Source: Solirubrobacteraceae bacterium
GTDB taxonomy: Bacteria; Actinomycetota; Thermoleophilia; Solirubrobacterales; Solirubrobacteraceae
Assembly: GCA_016463515.1 (NCBI GenBank)
Contig: JAEMRF010000002.1
Location: forward strand, 15,081 to 79,080
DNA: 64,000 nucleotides
Direction of reading: 5' to 3'
The position numbers and the translations under genes were made by a program. Below, piece after piece: positions 1 to 7,637 of this stretch. The notes under the pieces are model-generated. The model was not told the DNA's origin. It was given only the letters and a program-made list of their open reading frames with translations, and did no database searches. Numbering within the stretch: position 1 is the stretch's first letter; each line of letters begins with the position of its first letter.

Positions 1-24
1 GCTCTCCCACTGAGCTACGCGCCC
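1..24 (-). tRNA. 5' end (acceptor strand plus D stem-loop) of a tRNA gene, probably tRNA-Val. The rest lies left of the window.
   Basis: The reverse complement of 1-24 is GGGCGCG-TA-GCTC-AGTGGGA-GAGC, a canonical tRNA 5' acceptor strand and D-arm. The identical 24 nt at 60745-60768 continue into a CAC (Val) anticodon loop. Confidence 0.6.
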
Positions 25-28
25 TTTG

Positions 29-46
29 TCCTGCAAATCCGCACGG
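29..46. repeat. Left arm of the att-proximal inverted repeat.
   Basis: TCCTGCAAATCCGCACGG here matches the reverse complement of 60693-60709 (TCCCTGCAAATCCGTAC). The core CTGCAAATCCG is identical. Confidence 0.45.
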
Positions 47-76
47 TTTGTGGGTTTGCTTGACGGTTGGGTCTCC

Positions 77-132
77 CTCTGCCTACCCCCTGATACCCCT
101 GGGTTTCAGGAATGGTTCCTGATTCAGGGCGG
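77..132. repeat. Conserved non-coding element, copy A, containing the palindrome TCAGGAA-TGG-TTCCTGA at 106-122.
   Basis: About 55 nt align with 1125-1180 at roughly three quarters identity by eye. Both copies have the same orientation. Confidence 0.55.
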
Positions 133-154
133 TGGGCGGACGTCGGGAGATAGA

Positions 155-167
155 GAGCATAGCCACC
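155..167 (-). promoter_or_regulatory. Promoter-like 13-mer (minus strand GGTGGCTATGCTC, with -10-like TATGCT), 130 nt upstream of the left tRNA copy.
   Basis: It is exactly repeated at 60777-60789, where it lies 8 nt upstream of the tRNA fragment's 5' end. Confidence 0.35.
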
Positions 168-463
168 GAGTCGACGGGGCTATACCGTCGTACTGGGTGT
201 GAGCGAGGCCGGTTGTCGGGAGTGGTGCAGATCCTCTCGAATCGACGGGACTCCGGTCGTCGAAGCCGCACCCGGAGTGTCGACCACGGCGGGTTCGACT
301 CATCGCCTGAGACCTACTGTCGATTCTCCTCGCCCTGGGCGAGTACTACGTTTCGCAGTGACTGATTCGCCGAAGCCGGAGCGAGTGCGCCCTGAGGCAC
401 TGGGCTGGGACCCGATTGTCTTGAGGGGCGGGAGGGGGCGGAGCGCCAAGTCACCTCCGTGGG

Positions 464-904
464 TCAGTACACCGGTTCGTGGCCGAGGGCCCGCATCAGC
501 GCGTCTCGTCGCTGAATCGACTTGAACTCAAAGCCGATGATCTCCCGCGGCCCGACCACCTGCAGCAGGTACAAGCCGTCAGATGCTTGCCCAGTCGACA
601 CCTTCTTGACGTCCTCTCGAACCAGGGCCTGGCGAACCTTGCCACCGCGGATCACGAGCATGCGCTGTGTGGTCACGACAATTGCAGACATGTGGAGGAC
701 GATGCCCGCGTGTCCGAGCCCCTCACCATTGCCGATGAAGACGATGTGCTCGTCCGGTTGCAGATTGGCCAGAACTGCGCTCTGTTCCTTGAGCGCCATC
801 TTCAATTGGTACTTCTCGTATCCCTTGTCGCCGTATGACTTCGCGAGCGCCGCAGCAACCCGGTCATCCAGCACGGTGGTTCTTGGTCCCCCGAACAGCG
901 CCAT
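464..904 (-). CDS. Hypothetical protein, possibly a bacterial PH-domain (YokE-like) fold.
   Basis: 146-aa ORF with non-repetitive, balanced composition. The motif LQPDEHIVFIG...IVVTTQRMLVIRGG...REDVKKV resembles bPH-type domains. Confidence 0.6.
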   Translation of the reverse strand: MALFGGPRTTVLDDRVAAALAKSYGDKGYEKYQLKMALKEQSAVLANLQPDEHIVFIGNGEGLGHAGIVLHMSAIVVTTQRMLVIRGGKVRQALVREDVKKVSTGQASDGLYLLQVVGPREIIGFEFKSIQRRDALMRALGHEPVY

Positions 905-1124
905 AGTATCGCCCCTGACTGATAGGTCCTGGCTATCTGAACGACAAGTCTTGCGCTTTTGAGATCTTACCGACGGTTACGAGCGCGGACAGTCTGAGAC
1001 GGTAGCTCGAGAAGGTGCTCAACCTGCTCATCGGCGGCGACTGCGAGTCCACCCGCGCCCAAGTCCATTGGCGTATCAGAGGTCGTCGACCGATTGGGCT
1101 CCGCCATCTGGTCTTCCCCCGCTT

Positions 1125-1180
1125 CGATGGACACTCTGATCTACCCCTGGTGACCCTGGGCTTCAGGAATCGTTCCTGCT
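1125..1180. repeat. Conserved non-coding element, copy B, containing the palindrome TCAGGAA-TCG-TTCCTG at 1154-1169.
   Basis: It aligns with 77-132 and lies in a roughly 700-nt stretch without a credible ORF. Confidence 0.55.
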
Positions 1181-1630
1181 GAAGGACGGAGAAACACCAC
1201 GGAGTGGCGTCTGGCGCCTCACGCGCGGTGCGGTACGGCAATGTTGGGACCAGCCGTGTCCAAGGCGTTCGTCGCGGACGCTCCGGAGCTTCATGCAGTC
1301 GGTCGGGTCGCTGGCCATGCCAGCGCTGTCGTCCAGTTGGGGGCTTCCTCGATGAACTGCTGCTCAGGAAGCGAGGGAAGACCGCGGCGCGATGGCTTGC
1401 GCTCGCGAGTTCTAGGCGACCGAGGGGTCCGTTGTCTCGTGGCGCTGACATCGCTCGAGACGCGTGCCAACGGCGGTCGGCTCTATCCACCACCCAATTC
1501 CGACGTCAGGGCAGTTCTCGGGTGCGATTAGCAGCGCCGCCCATGCCAGCGACTGAGCAGAAAGGGGGCCCGCGCGGGAAGTCGAGCCCCGTGGCCGCAC
1601 GCTCGCCGCACAGATCGGCGAGCGTCGGCG

Positions 1631-2215
1631 TTACTCCCCCGAGAGCAGCGCAGCGAGCGTGCCGACGACCACCACAAGGATCGCGGTCACGATCACCACC
1701 CATAGCACCATGTTGAGAGCGACCAGCGCGAGGAACACCGCGCCGAGCGCGCCGAGCGCGCCACCGGCGACAGCCTGGCCGACGACGAACGCCCGCGAGT
1801 AGCGTCCGCTTGGCGCGCGCATCAAGTACAGGTCCAGGCACAGCAGCGCAAGCCCGCATCCGATCGCCGGGACGGCCAGGTGCTTGGCGAACTCGACGAT
1901 CCAAGAGACCTGGCGGCCGAGCAGGAGGAAGAACCCGCTGCTGCTGAGGTCGGGCGCGGGCGGCAGCAGCAGCGCGACGACGCCCGTGAGGATGACGACT
2001 GCGCTGCCGATGATTCCGTAGCGGAGCACGTCGATCGGAATAGGCCCGCCGGCCCGCTGGTGGCTCGTCGCCGAACGCAGGAACGCTCCGAGCGGCGACG
2101 GGTGCTGCTGGCGGTGCCCTGAGCCGGCAAGACGGTTGGGAGGGAAACTCACTGCTACTCCCAGTCCCACTGCGCGAGCAGCGTCCATGAGACGACCGGA
2201 GTGGCCGGATGGCAA
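1631..2215 (-). CDS. Integral membrane protein (hypothetical). The start is uncertain.
   Basis: The C-terminal two thirds form 4-5 hydrophobic helices (IIGSAVVILTGVVALLL, LAVPAIGCGLALLCL, GALGAVFLALVALNMVLWVVIVTAILVVVV). The N-terminus overlaps the upstream gene by 61 nt, so a later start is likely. Confidence 0.5.
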   Translation of the reverse strand: MPSGHSGRLMDAARAVGLGVAVSFPPNRLAGSGHRQQHPSPLGAFLRSATSHQRAGGPIPIDVLRYGIIGSAVVILTGVVALLLPPAPDLSSSGFFLLLGRQVSWIVEFAKHLAVPAIGCGLALLCLDLYLMRAPSGRYSRAFVVGQAVAGGALGALGAVFLALVALNMVLWVVIVTAILVVVVGTLAALLSGE

Positions 2216-2769
2216 ACGCCGCCGAGGACGATCGGGTCGAGCCCGGCACCCAGAGCCGCGACGGGGAGGAGGGCTGCGGCCGGCAGAGCCGCGCCGGCGG
2301 CGACGGTGAGCGCGGCTCCGCGTGCGAGAATCCGGGTGGTAAGCCGCAGGCGGCGCGCCAGGCGCTCGTCGCTCTCGCGCAGCGCCCGTGGCGTCGGGAC
2401 CGGCACGGAGTCACCTTCCTTCCAGGTGCCTGGCAGTTCGTGTCCGAGCCAGACGAGGTCGGGGCGCACGCCAGCGTCGTGAAGAGCATGAAGTTGGGCG
2501 AGCGGTTCGTCGGGGACGGGGATCCTGCCGCGACGCCAGCCGAGCCGCCTTCGCGCAGTTGGATCCCTAACGTGGTCGGCAAACAGCCACGTACCGTGCT
2601 CGGTCCGAACTACGACCTCACGGTCCGGCAACGAGGTAAGGCCGACCGGACGAAGCTCGATCCCGCGTTCGCGTGCGGGACTCAGGACGAGCGAACTGGT
2701 CCGGTGCTCGAGTACGCGCTGGACTTCGGCGCTCGGGCGAACGACTGGCAGGACTTCGGTGACGGTCAT
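2155..2769 (-). CDS. Hypothetical protein with a C-terminal hydrophobic segment.
   Basis: 204-aa ORF. An AGGAGC Shine-Dalgarno lies 7 nt upstream of the ATG at 2769. Composition is coding-like. Confidence 0.6.
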   Translation of the reverse strand: MTVTEVLPVVRPSAEVQRVLEHRTSSLVLSPARERGIELRPVGLTSLPDREVVVRTEHGTWLFADHVRDPTARRRLGWRRGRIPVPDEPLAQLHALHDAGVRPDLVWLGHELPGTWKEGDSVPVPTPRALRESDERLARRLRLTTRILARGAALTVAAGAALPAAALLPVAALGAGLDPIVLGGVCHPATPVVSWTLLAQWDWE

Positions 2770-3130
2770 CGGCGTGCGCTCCTGGTTGAACGTGGTGTCG
2801 ATCTATTGCAGCTCGCGCGAGGGGAACTCGGCCAGCTCCACACATCGGCGGGGCCGACTGGGTCATCGAGTCGACGCCCGTGGCGCAGGCGGCTCCAGAT
2901 GCCCTCGACATCACCGGTCACGTCGCTCCCGTCACACTTGAGAACCGCGTTCCTGTGCCATCGGGGACGAGCGATCGACCAGGGACCTCCACACATCCGG
3001 ACTGATTCGTCGTGCCGCCCGATCACGACCACCGGGGCAAACTGTGGGAATGCTTGGCGTGAATGCCTGACCGGTCCTATCAGTGGTGCTCCTGGCCACG
3101 CGGCAACCCCGCCGAGAGAGGAGCCCCACG

Positions 3131-3622
3131 ATGTTGCAGAACGAGTCCACCCCCGAGGTCAACCGGTCCGAGCCGCGCTGGCGTCTCGCCGGTCGCGTCG
3201 ACAGCCTGCTCCGCGAGCTGGCCGGCGAGCAGTACAGCCCGGTCGGCATCGACGAGGACGGCGATCACTACTTCCAGGTCCTGTGGAGTGGCGTCCCGGT
3301 CTCGATCGGAGTCGAGCAGTTCCTCGACGAGGCGATCGTCACCGGCATCCACATCGTCGGCCTCCGCGCGACTGACGAGGACGCGGTCCTGGACTACGTC
3401 GCGGGCCGCAACGCCGAGATCCGCGTCGGGCGCGTGTGGGCTTGCGGCGACGGCGTCGTGTTCACCCACCACTTGTTCGAAAGCGGCGTCGACCGTGCGG
3501 GCCTGCGCCACCTGCTGAACCTGCTGGCGAGCGAGTCGCTCACCTACGGTGAGCTCCAGGCTCGCACCGGGGCGCTGAGCGTCGTCGACGCGGCTGCTCT
3601 CCACCGCCTCGGCGGTGAGTAG
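3131..3622 (+). CDS. YbjN-like (putative sensory or chaperone-like) domain protein.
   Basis: The internal ATG at 3131 is preceded by GAGAGGAG. The 163-aa acidic protein has a pattern (HYFQV..VPVSIGV..IVG..LLDYVAGRN..RVGRV) typical of actinobacterial YbjN-family proteins. Confidence 0.5.
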   Translation: MLQNESTPEVNRSEPRWRLAGRVDSLLRELAGEQYSPVGIDEDGDHYFQVLWSGVPVSIGVEQFLDEAIVTGIHIVGLRATDEDAVLDYVAGRNAEIRVGRVWACGDGVVFTHHLFESGVDRAGLRHLLNLLASESLTYGELQARTGALSVVDAAALHRLGGE

Positions 3623-3688
3623 CGCGCAGCTACACGGGGAGGGGGCGCGGTCACCCTCGAGGTGGCCGCGCCCCGCGCCTGCCGACCA

Positions 3689-3916
3689 CTAGATCCGCTG
3701 GCTGGTCCTGGTCCGGCCCCGCAGCTGCGCGGTCGTGTCTCGCCGCTGACGCTCGACGCCGTCGCGCCGGACGTTCTGCTGGTTTCGCGCGTACTGCTGC
3801 TGCGGCTGCGTCGGTGACTGGGTTATGCGCGCGTAGGACTCCAGGGCTCGCACGACGCTCGCCTCGGCCTGGCGTACGACGACGTGCGGTGGGGGGACGG
3901 GCGGGAGCGGGAACAC
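3689..3916 (-). CDS. Small Gln/Arg-rich hypothetical protein (75 aa).
   Basis: The GTG start at 3916 is preceded by a perfect AAGGAGG 7 nt upstream. It lies directly after the stop of the CAP-domain gene. Confidence 0.5.
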   Translation of the reverse strand: MFPLPPVPPPHVVVRQAEASVVRALESYARITQSPTQPQQQYARNQQNVRRDGVERQRRDTTAQLRGRTRTSQRI

Positions 3917-3931
3917 CGGTGACCTCCTTGG

Positions 3932-4396
3932 TCAGCGAATGAGTAGTCGGAACGGCGACTGCACCGGGTGCCCGTAGACCTGGACCCACATGAAACCGGG
4001 CAGCGTCATCGGCCTTGGGGAAAGGGGGATCACAGCGGTGCCGTGGTAGGTGAACTCGGGGCGCAGCAGGTTCTCGCGGTGCCCGGGGCTGTTGAGCCAG
4101 CCGGTGATCGCCTCGCCGGGCACCTCCTGCCCGCTGGCGAGGTTCTCGCCAAGGAGCTGCCACTCGCTCGAGTGGCGCCGGACGCGCGCCATCACGTCCG
4201 AGCCGTCGCTGCCGGTGTGCGAGAAGCGCCGCGAGGCGACGAGGTCGCGGGCGTGGTCCAGCGCGGCGGCGGCGAGAGATGGATTCCACGCGAGCACGCG
4301 CAGGCCCGCGTTGACTCGGACGCGGTTGGCGACCGAGCCGAGTTCGATCGGCGTCGGCGTGTGTCGCGGCTCGTCGGTCAGGCGGCGCCCGATCAC
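3932..4396 (-). CDS. CAP/SCP (PR-1, YkwD-like) domain protein with no recognisable signal peptide.
   Basis: NRVRVNAGLRVLAWNPSLAAAALDHARDLV...FSHTGSDGS...GENLA...GWLNSPGHRENLL matches the CAP-domain signature. The GTG start is 10 nt after the upstream stop. Confidence 0.8.
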   Translation of the reverse strand: MIGRRLTDEPRHTPTPIELGSVANRVRVNAGLRVLAWNPSLAAAALDHARDLVASRRFSHTGSDGSDVMARVRRHSSEWQLLGENLASGQEVPGEAITGWLNSPGHRENLLRPEFTYHGTAVIPLSPRPMTLPGFMWVQVYGHPVQSPFRLLIR

Positions 4397-4406
4397 GCTC
4401 GACCCC

Positions 4407-5969
4407 TCAAAGGCCCGAGCGCGACAGGTCGACTACGAACGGCTTCGGCGACAGTGGGCGGCTGTGCACGACCGCGCACTGTGGCCCAAACGGCGGTTCG
4501 AAAATCTCACGCGTATCGAGCACCGGCACGCGCTGGTGTCGCCGGTTGACCGCGCTGGCGAAGAAGTGATTCGTCTGGCGGTGGTGGTCGATCTCGATCT
4601 CCGGCCGCGTGCCGAGCCGCTCGCTCACTTTCTGCGCGGTCGTCGCGCCGACACCCGGCATAGTAATCAGCGTCTGGCAGTTGGCGAGAACTCCGTCTCG
4701 TACACGGCCCTCGGGGAACTGGGCGATATCTTGCGCTGCGAGCACCACCGACACCCCCGCGGCCCGCGAGGTGCTGAGCAGCAGCTCGAAGTCGACGCGG
4801 TCGGCGAGCCGGGCCGCCTCATCGATGATCAGGATCGCTGGGTAGGCGCTACCGCCGTGGCGGGCGTGGACCCGCTCGATCAGCAGGTTCAGGAACAGCG
4901 CCGCGAAACTCTCGCCGAGGCGGCCGTCGCCCAGCGGCGCGCCGAACGCGACGAGCCCCGAACCCGAGAGGGCGTCGTCGATCCGCACCCGGTCGTTGCC
5001 GGTGATAGCGTCGACCTGCGGCACCGCGAGCGGCTCGAGCGCGTTGACCACACCTGATGTGATCTTCGAGTAGTCGAACGGGTCCGCGGCGAGCGCATCG
5101 CTTAGCAGCACCTGGGCGCGGGGCGTCCCGTACGCGCTCACGTAGGCGCGCAGCGCGCGCTGATCGTGGACCGCCGCGAGCAGCTCGCGCGCCGTCACCG
5201 GCCGACGGGACGCGTGGGCAGTCGCGAGGAGGCCGGTCATCAGACGCGTGTCACGCTGCCAGAAGAACGGTTGCGGGTCGCCCGGGCGCTCGCGGCCTAT
5301 CAGCGCCTGTGCCGCGGCGGAAAGCCTGCGCTCGTCGGACAGCTCGCGGACGAACGCCCAGCCGTCGGGGGTCGGATGACGGTAATCGATCCGCGCCGCA
5401 CTGACGCCCGACACGCCGCTCGCGATCAGCTCCGCCCCGATCTTCGGCACGAGAGCACCGGTTACATCGGCGACGATCGTGGCGTAGCCCGCGTCCAGCG
5501 CCGCTGCCGCCCACGGCACGACGAGCGATGTCGTCTTGCCGGAGCCTGTCGGGCCTACCGCCAGCGCGTGCGTGGCGATGTCGCCGGGCGCGAGGCCGAT
5601 CTCTCTCTTGCGTCTTCCAGTGCGCGGGTTGACGAACCGCCCGAGGGGGAAGAGGTCATGCGCGCCGAGGCGCGGAAGCTCGCGCAGCGTCGCGGTTCCG
5701 CGGTAGTCGTAGTAGCCCGACATGTTGTGGGGCGGGCGACTGTCGGGGCCGAGTACTCCGCCTCTCGTGGCGAACGAGTCGAGTGCCACGCGTGTCCAGT
5801 GCCAGGTGCGCATGCGTGGGAGGAAACTGCGCGTCCGGCGCAGCAGACCCCGAATTCCACAGTTCGGCACTGGCGTGACCGTCGCGGCGAAGTGTGGAAA
5901 ACGATCCGCGCGCTTAGGCGCGGCGTCTGTACTGCTCGCATCGACCGGGTGCCCCCGACGGGCACCCAC
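4407..5969 (-). CDS. VirD4/TraD/TraG-like type IV coupling-protein-family ATPase with no TM segment. The start is uncertain (alternative ATGs at 5813 and 5723).
   Basis: Walker A is AVGPTGSGKTTS and Walker B is AILIIDEAARL. SRAAGVSVVLAAQDIAQF resembles the TraD/TraG C-terminal motif. No hydrophobic N-terminus is present. Confidence 0.8.
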   Translation of the reverse strand: MGARRGHPVDASSTDAAPKRADRFPHFAATVTPVPNCGIRGLLRRTRSFLPRMRTWHWTRVALDSFATRGGVLGPDSRPPHNMSGYYDYRGTATLRELPRLGAHDLFPLGRFVNPRTGRRKREIGLAPGDIATHALAVGPTGSGKTTSLVVPWAAAALDAGYATIVADVTGALVPKIGAELIASGVSGVSAARIDYRHPTPDGWAFVRELSDERRLSAAAQALIGRERPGDPQPFFWQRDTRLMTGLLATAHASRRPVTARELLAAVHDQRALRAYVSAYGTPRAQVLLSDALAADPFDYSKITSGVVNALEPLAVPQVDAITGNDRVRIDDALSGSGLVAFGAPLGDGRLGESFAALFLNLLIERVHARHGGSAYPAILIIDEAARLADRVDFELLLSTSRAAGVSVVLAAQDIAQFPEGRVRDGVLANCQTLITMPGVGATTAQKVSERLGTRPEIEIDHHRQTNHFFASAVNRRHQRVPVLDTREIFEPPFGPQCAVVHSRPLSPKPFVVDLSRSGL

Positions 5970-5983
5970 AGGAGGAGTGAGCC

Positions 5984-6760
5984 ATGACTGGTCAAGATCC
6001 CTTCGTGCCGTTCGGCGAGCAGGCCGTCGCCGTGCAGGGCGGCAACCAGCTCGCTGAGACCAGCGACTACATCGACTCGACTGGGACCACGATCGTGATC
6101 CCCGACGGCGCGGAGCCCGTCGCCGCGGCGACCCGCGAGGAGGGCATCGTCGAGGTCGCCGATGGCTCGCAGTCGATGACGGAATCGCTCGCGGAGACCG
6201 GTGAGCAGATCCCGGGTCTTCCGGCCCGCACCAAGGCGGCAGCTGCGACCGTCGCGGCCAGCGATGTCGTCGCGCGCCTCCAGACGAGCAGCAAGGCGGC
6301 GAACTTCTCGCTGGGCTTCGTCGCGTTCAACGACCGCGTGACGGTCGACCGGCCGATCGTCCCGATCCTCGACATCCCGGCGACCGACGACTTCGACCCG
6401 ACCGCGGCCGGTACCGGCGGCACTTGCATGTACCTCGGCTTGGAGGCTGCGCGCAAGCAGATCGAGCGCTGGCGGCAGGCTCGCCCCGGCACGCTGCACG
6501 TCTCGAATGTCGTCGTCCTGTACGGCGACGGGCTGTGCTCGAACCCGCAGCGGACGCTGCAGGCCGCCGCGGCACTGAAGGAGATCCCGAACGTTACGGT
6601 CGCCGCGTGCCTGTTCCGCGGGCCCCGGGACACGGACAGCGGCGCCCAGCTGCTGCAGGCGGTCGCGAGCGGGCCGCGCTTCTACAAGACGGTCCACGAC
6701 GCCGAGCAGCTGCGCGAGTTCTTCCTCGCGTCGATCACGCTCGCAGGCGGGGGTATCTGA
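5984..6760 (+). CDS. von Willebrand factor A (TerY-like) domain protein.
   Basis: MIDAS motif DGSQS in VADGSQSMTESL, then TGGTCMY and VVLYGDG. An AGGAGG RBS lies 8 nt upstream of the ATG. Confidence 0.85.
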   Translation: MTGQDPFVPFGEQAVAVQGGNQLAETSDYIDSTGTTIVIPDGAEPVAAATREEGIVEVADGSQSMTESLAETGEQIPGLPARTKAAAATVAASDVVARLQTSSKAANFSLGFVAFNDRVTVDRPIVPILDIPATDDFDPTAAGTGGTCMYLGLEAARKQIERWRQARPGTLHVSNVVVLYGDGLCSNPQRTLQAAAALKEIPNVTVAACLFRGPRDTDSGAQLLQAVASGPRFYKTVHDAEQLREFFLASITLAGGGI

Positions 6761-6761
6761 G

Positions 6762-7637
6762 ATGCTGTCGCGGCTCGACATGCACACCGGTGTGACGTTC
6801 ACGGTGTGCAGCGCTGTGGCGACCGCGTCCCCTCGAGGGGCGAGCAGCCAGGACCGGGCGGGCGCGCCGGTGGTCGCCGGCGGCGCGGCGGCGGTGCTCT
6901 GCGACGGCGTCGGGTCTCTCAAGGACTCGTCGCTCGTCGCGGAACTCGCTCTCGCGGCGGCCTGCGACCACATCACCGCGGAGGGGGTCGGGGCGGGGAT
7001 CGTCTCGTGCCCCGGCGTCGCTGCGGAGGCGCTCGCTGGCCACGGCGAGCTCCCCGACGGCGCCACGACTCTGGTAGCGATCGGTGCTGATGAGGACGGC
7101 CACGTCTGCTTCACACTGGTCGGAAACGGCTCGATCTTCGCGATCGAGCCGCTCTCGGTACGCGACGGGCGTGCGCAGCTCCTGTTCGGAGAACTCGCGC
7201 TACCGCACATGGAGATGGTCGGCGCCCAGGCTGCGCTGCGCTCTGTGCTTCCGGCTCAGCACCTCCCGGTGGAGGCGACCGCGGGAGGGCTGCTGCCGCG
7301 TCCCGGCCGGACACGGCTGCTCCTGGCGTGCACCGATGGGATCACCTCGGCGGAGGAGCGCGACCAGATCGGCAAGGTCGAGTCGACCGGGCAGGTGTGG
7401 GCGCAGATGCACCCGCCCTTCGTCGAGGTGCTTGAGGTGCTGAGCACGGCGTGGGGTGACCTGACCCGCGATCCCGGCTCGAGCGAGGCGCTGGAGCGGG
7501 CGCTCGAGTCCGCGCTCGAGTCGTGCGTGGGCCAGGGGCTGCTCGACGACGACGCGAGCGTAGGAGCGGTACTCGTCGCTCCGGTACCCGAGGGGCTGAT
7601 CCCTGAGGACGCCGCCGACGACGAGGCGGCCGGGTGA
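6762..7637 (+). CDS. PP2C-family Ser/Thr protein phosphatase.
   Basis: AAVLCDGVGS, TTLVAIG...LVGNGS, LLLACTDGITS and DDASVGAVLV are PP2C metal-binding motifs. The start is 1 nt after the vWA stop. Confidence 0.8.
   Translation: MLSRLDMHTGVTFTVCSAVATASPRGASSQDRAGAPVVAGGAAAVLCDGVGSLKDSSLVAELALAAACDHITAEGVGAGIVSCPGVAAEALAGHGELPDGATTLVAIGADEDGHVCFTLVGNGSIFAIEPLSVRDGRAQLLFGELALPHMEMVGAQAALRSVLPAQHLPVEATAGGLLPRPGRTRLLLACTDGITSAEERDQIGKVESTGQVWAQMHPPFVEVLEVLSTAWGDLTRDPGSSEALERALESALESCVGQGLLDDDASVGAVLVAPVPEGLIPEDAADDEAAG

Noticed and set aside
1506-2582. Long ORFs overlapping or antisense to better-supported genes. Examples are 1506-2582, 2209-3375, 5555-7210, 7256-8203, 8378-9424, 8734-9702, 23182-24798, 25933-27111, 38683-40542, 40235-41306, 48701-49987, 59242-60486, 61492-63069 and 62511-63929.
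   Set aside because: Their translations are dominated by Arg/Pro/Ala/Gly runs and lack motifs or RBS. They are the usual shadow ORFs of very GC-rich DNA. In each case another frame or strand encodes a protein with clear family motifs.
3651-4289. 212-aa ORF on the minus strand overlapping the CAP-domain gene.
   Set aside because: It is out of frame with the motif-bearing CAP ORF and has an Arg/Pro/Ala-rich translation. Only its last part coincides with the region where a separate small ORF (3689-3916, different frame) has a perfect RBS.
3689-5969. Interpreting the VirD4/TraD-like ATPase as evidence that the island is a conjugative element (ICE).
   Set aside because: No relaxase, VirB4/TraB-type translocase, pilus or mating-pore genes are present in the window. 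The ATPase also lacks the membrane anchor of true coupling proteins.
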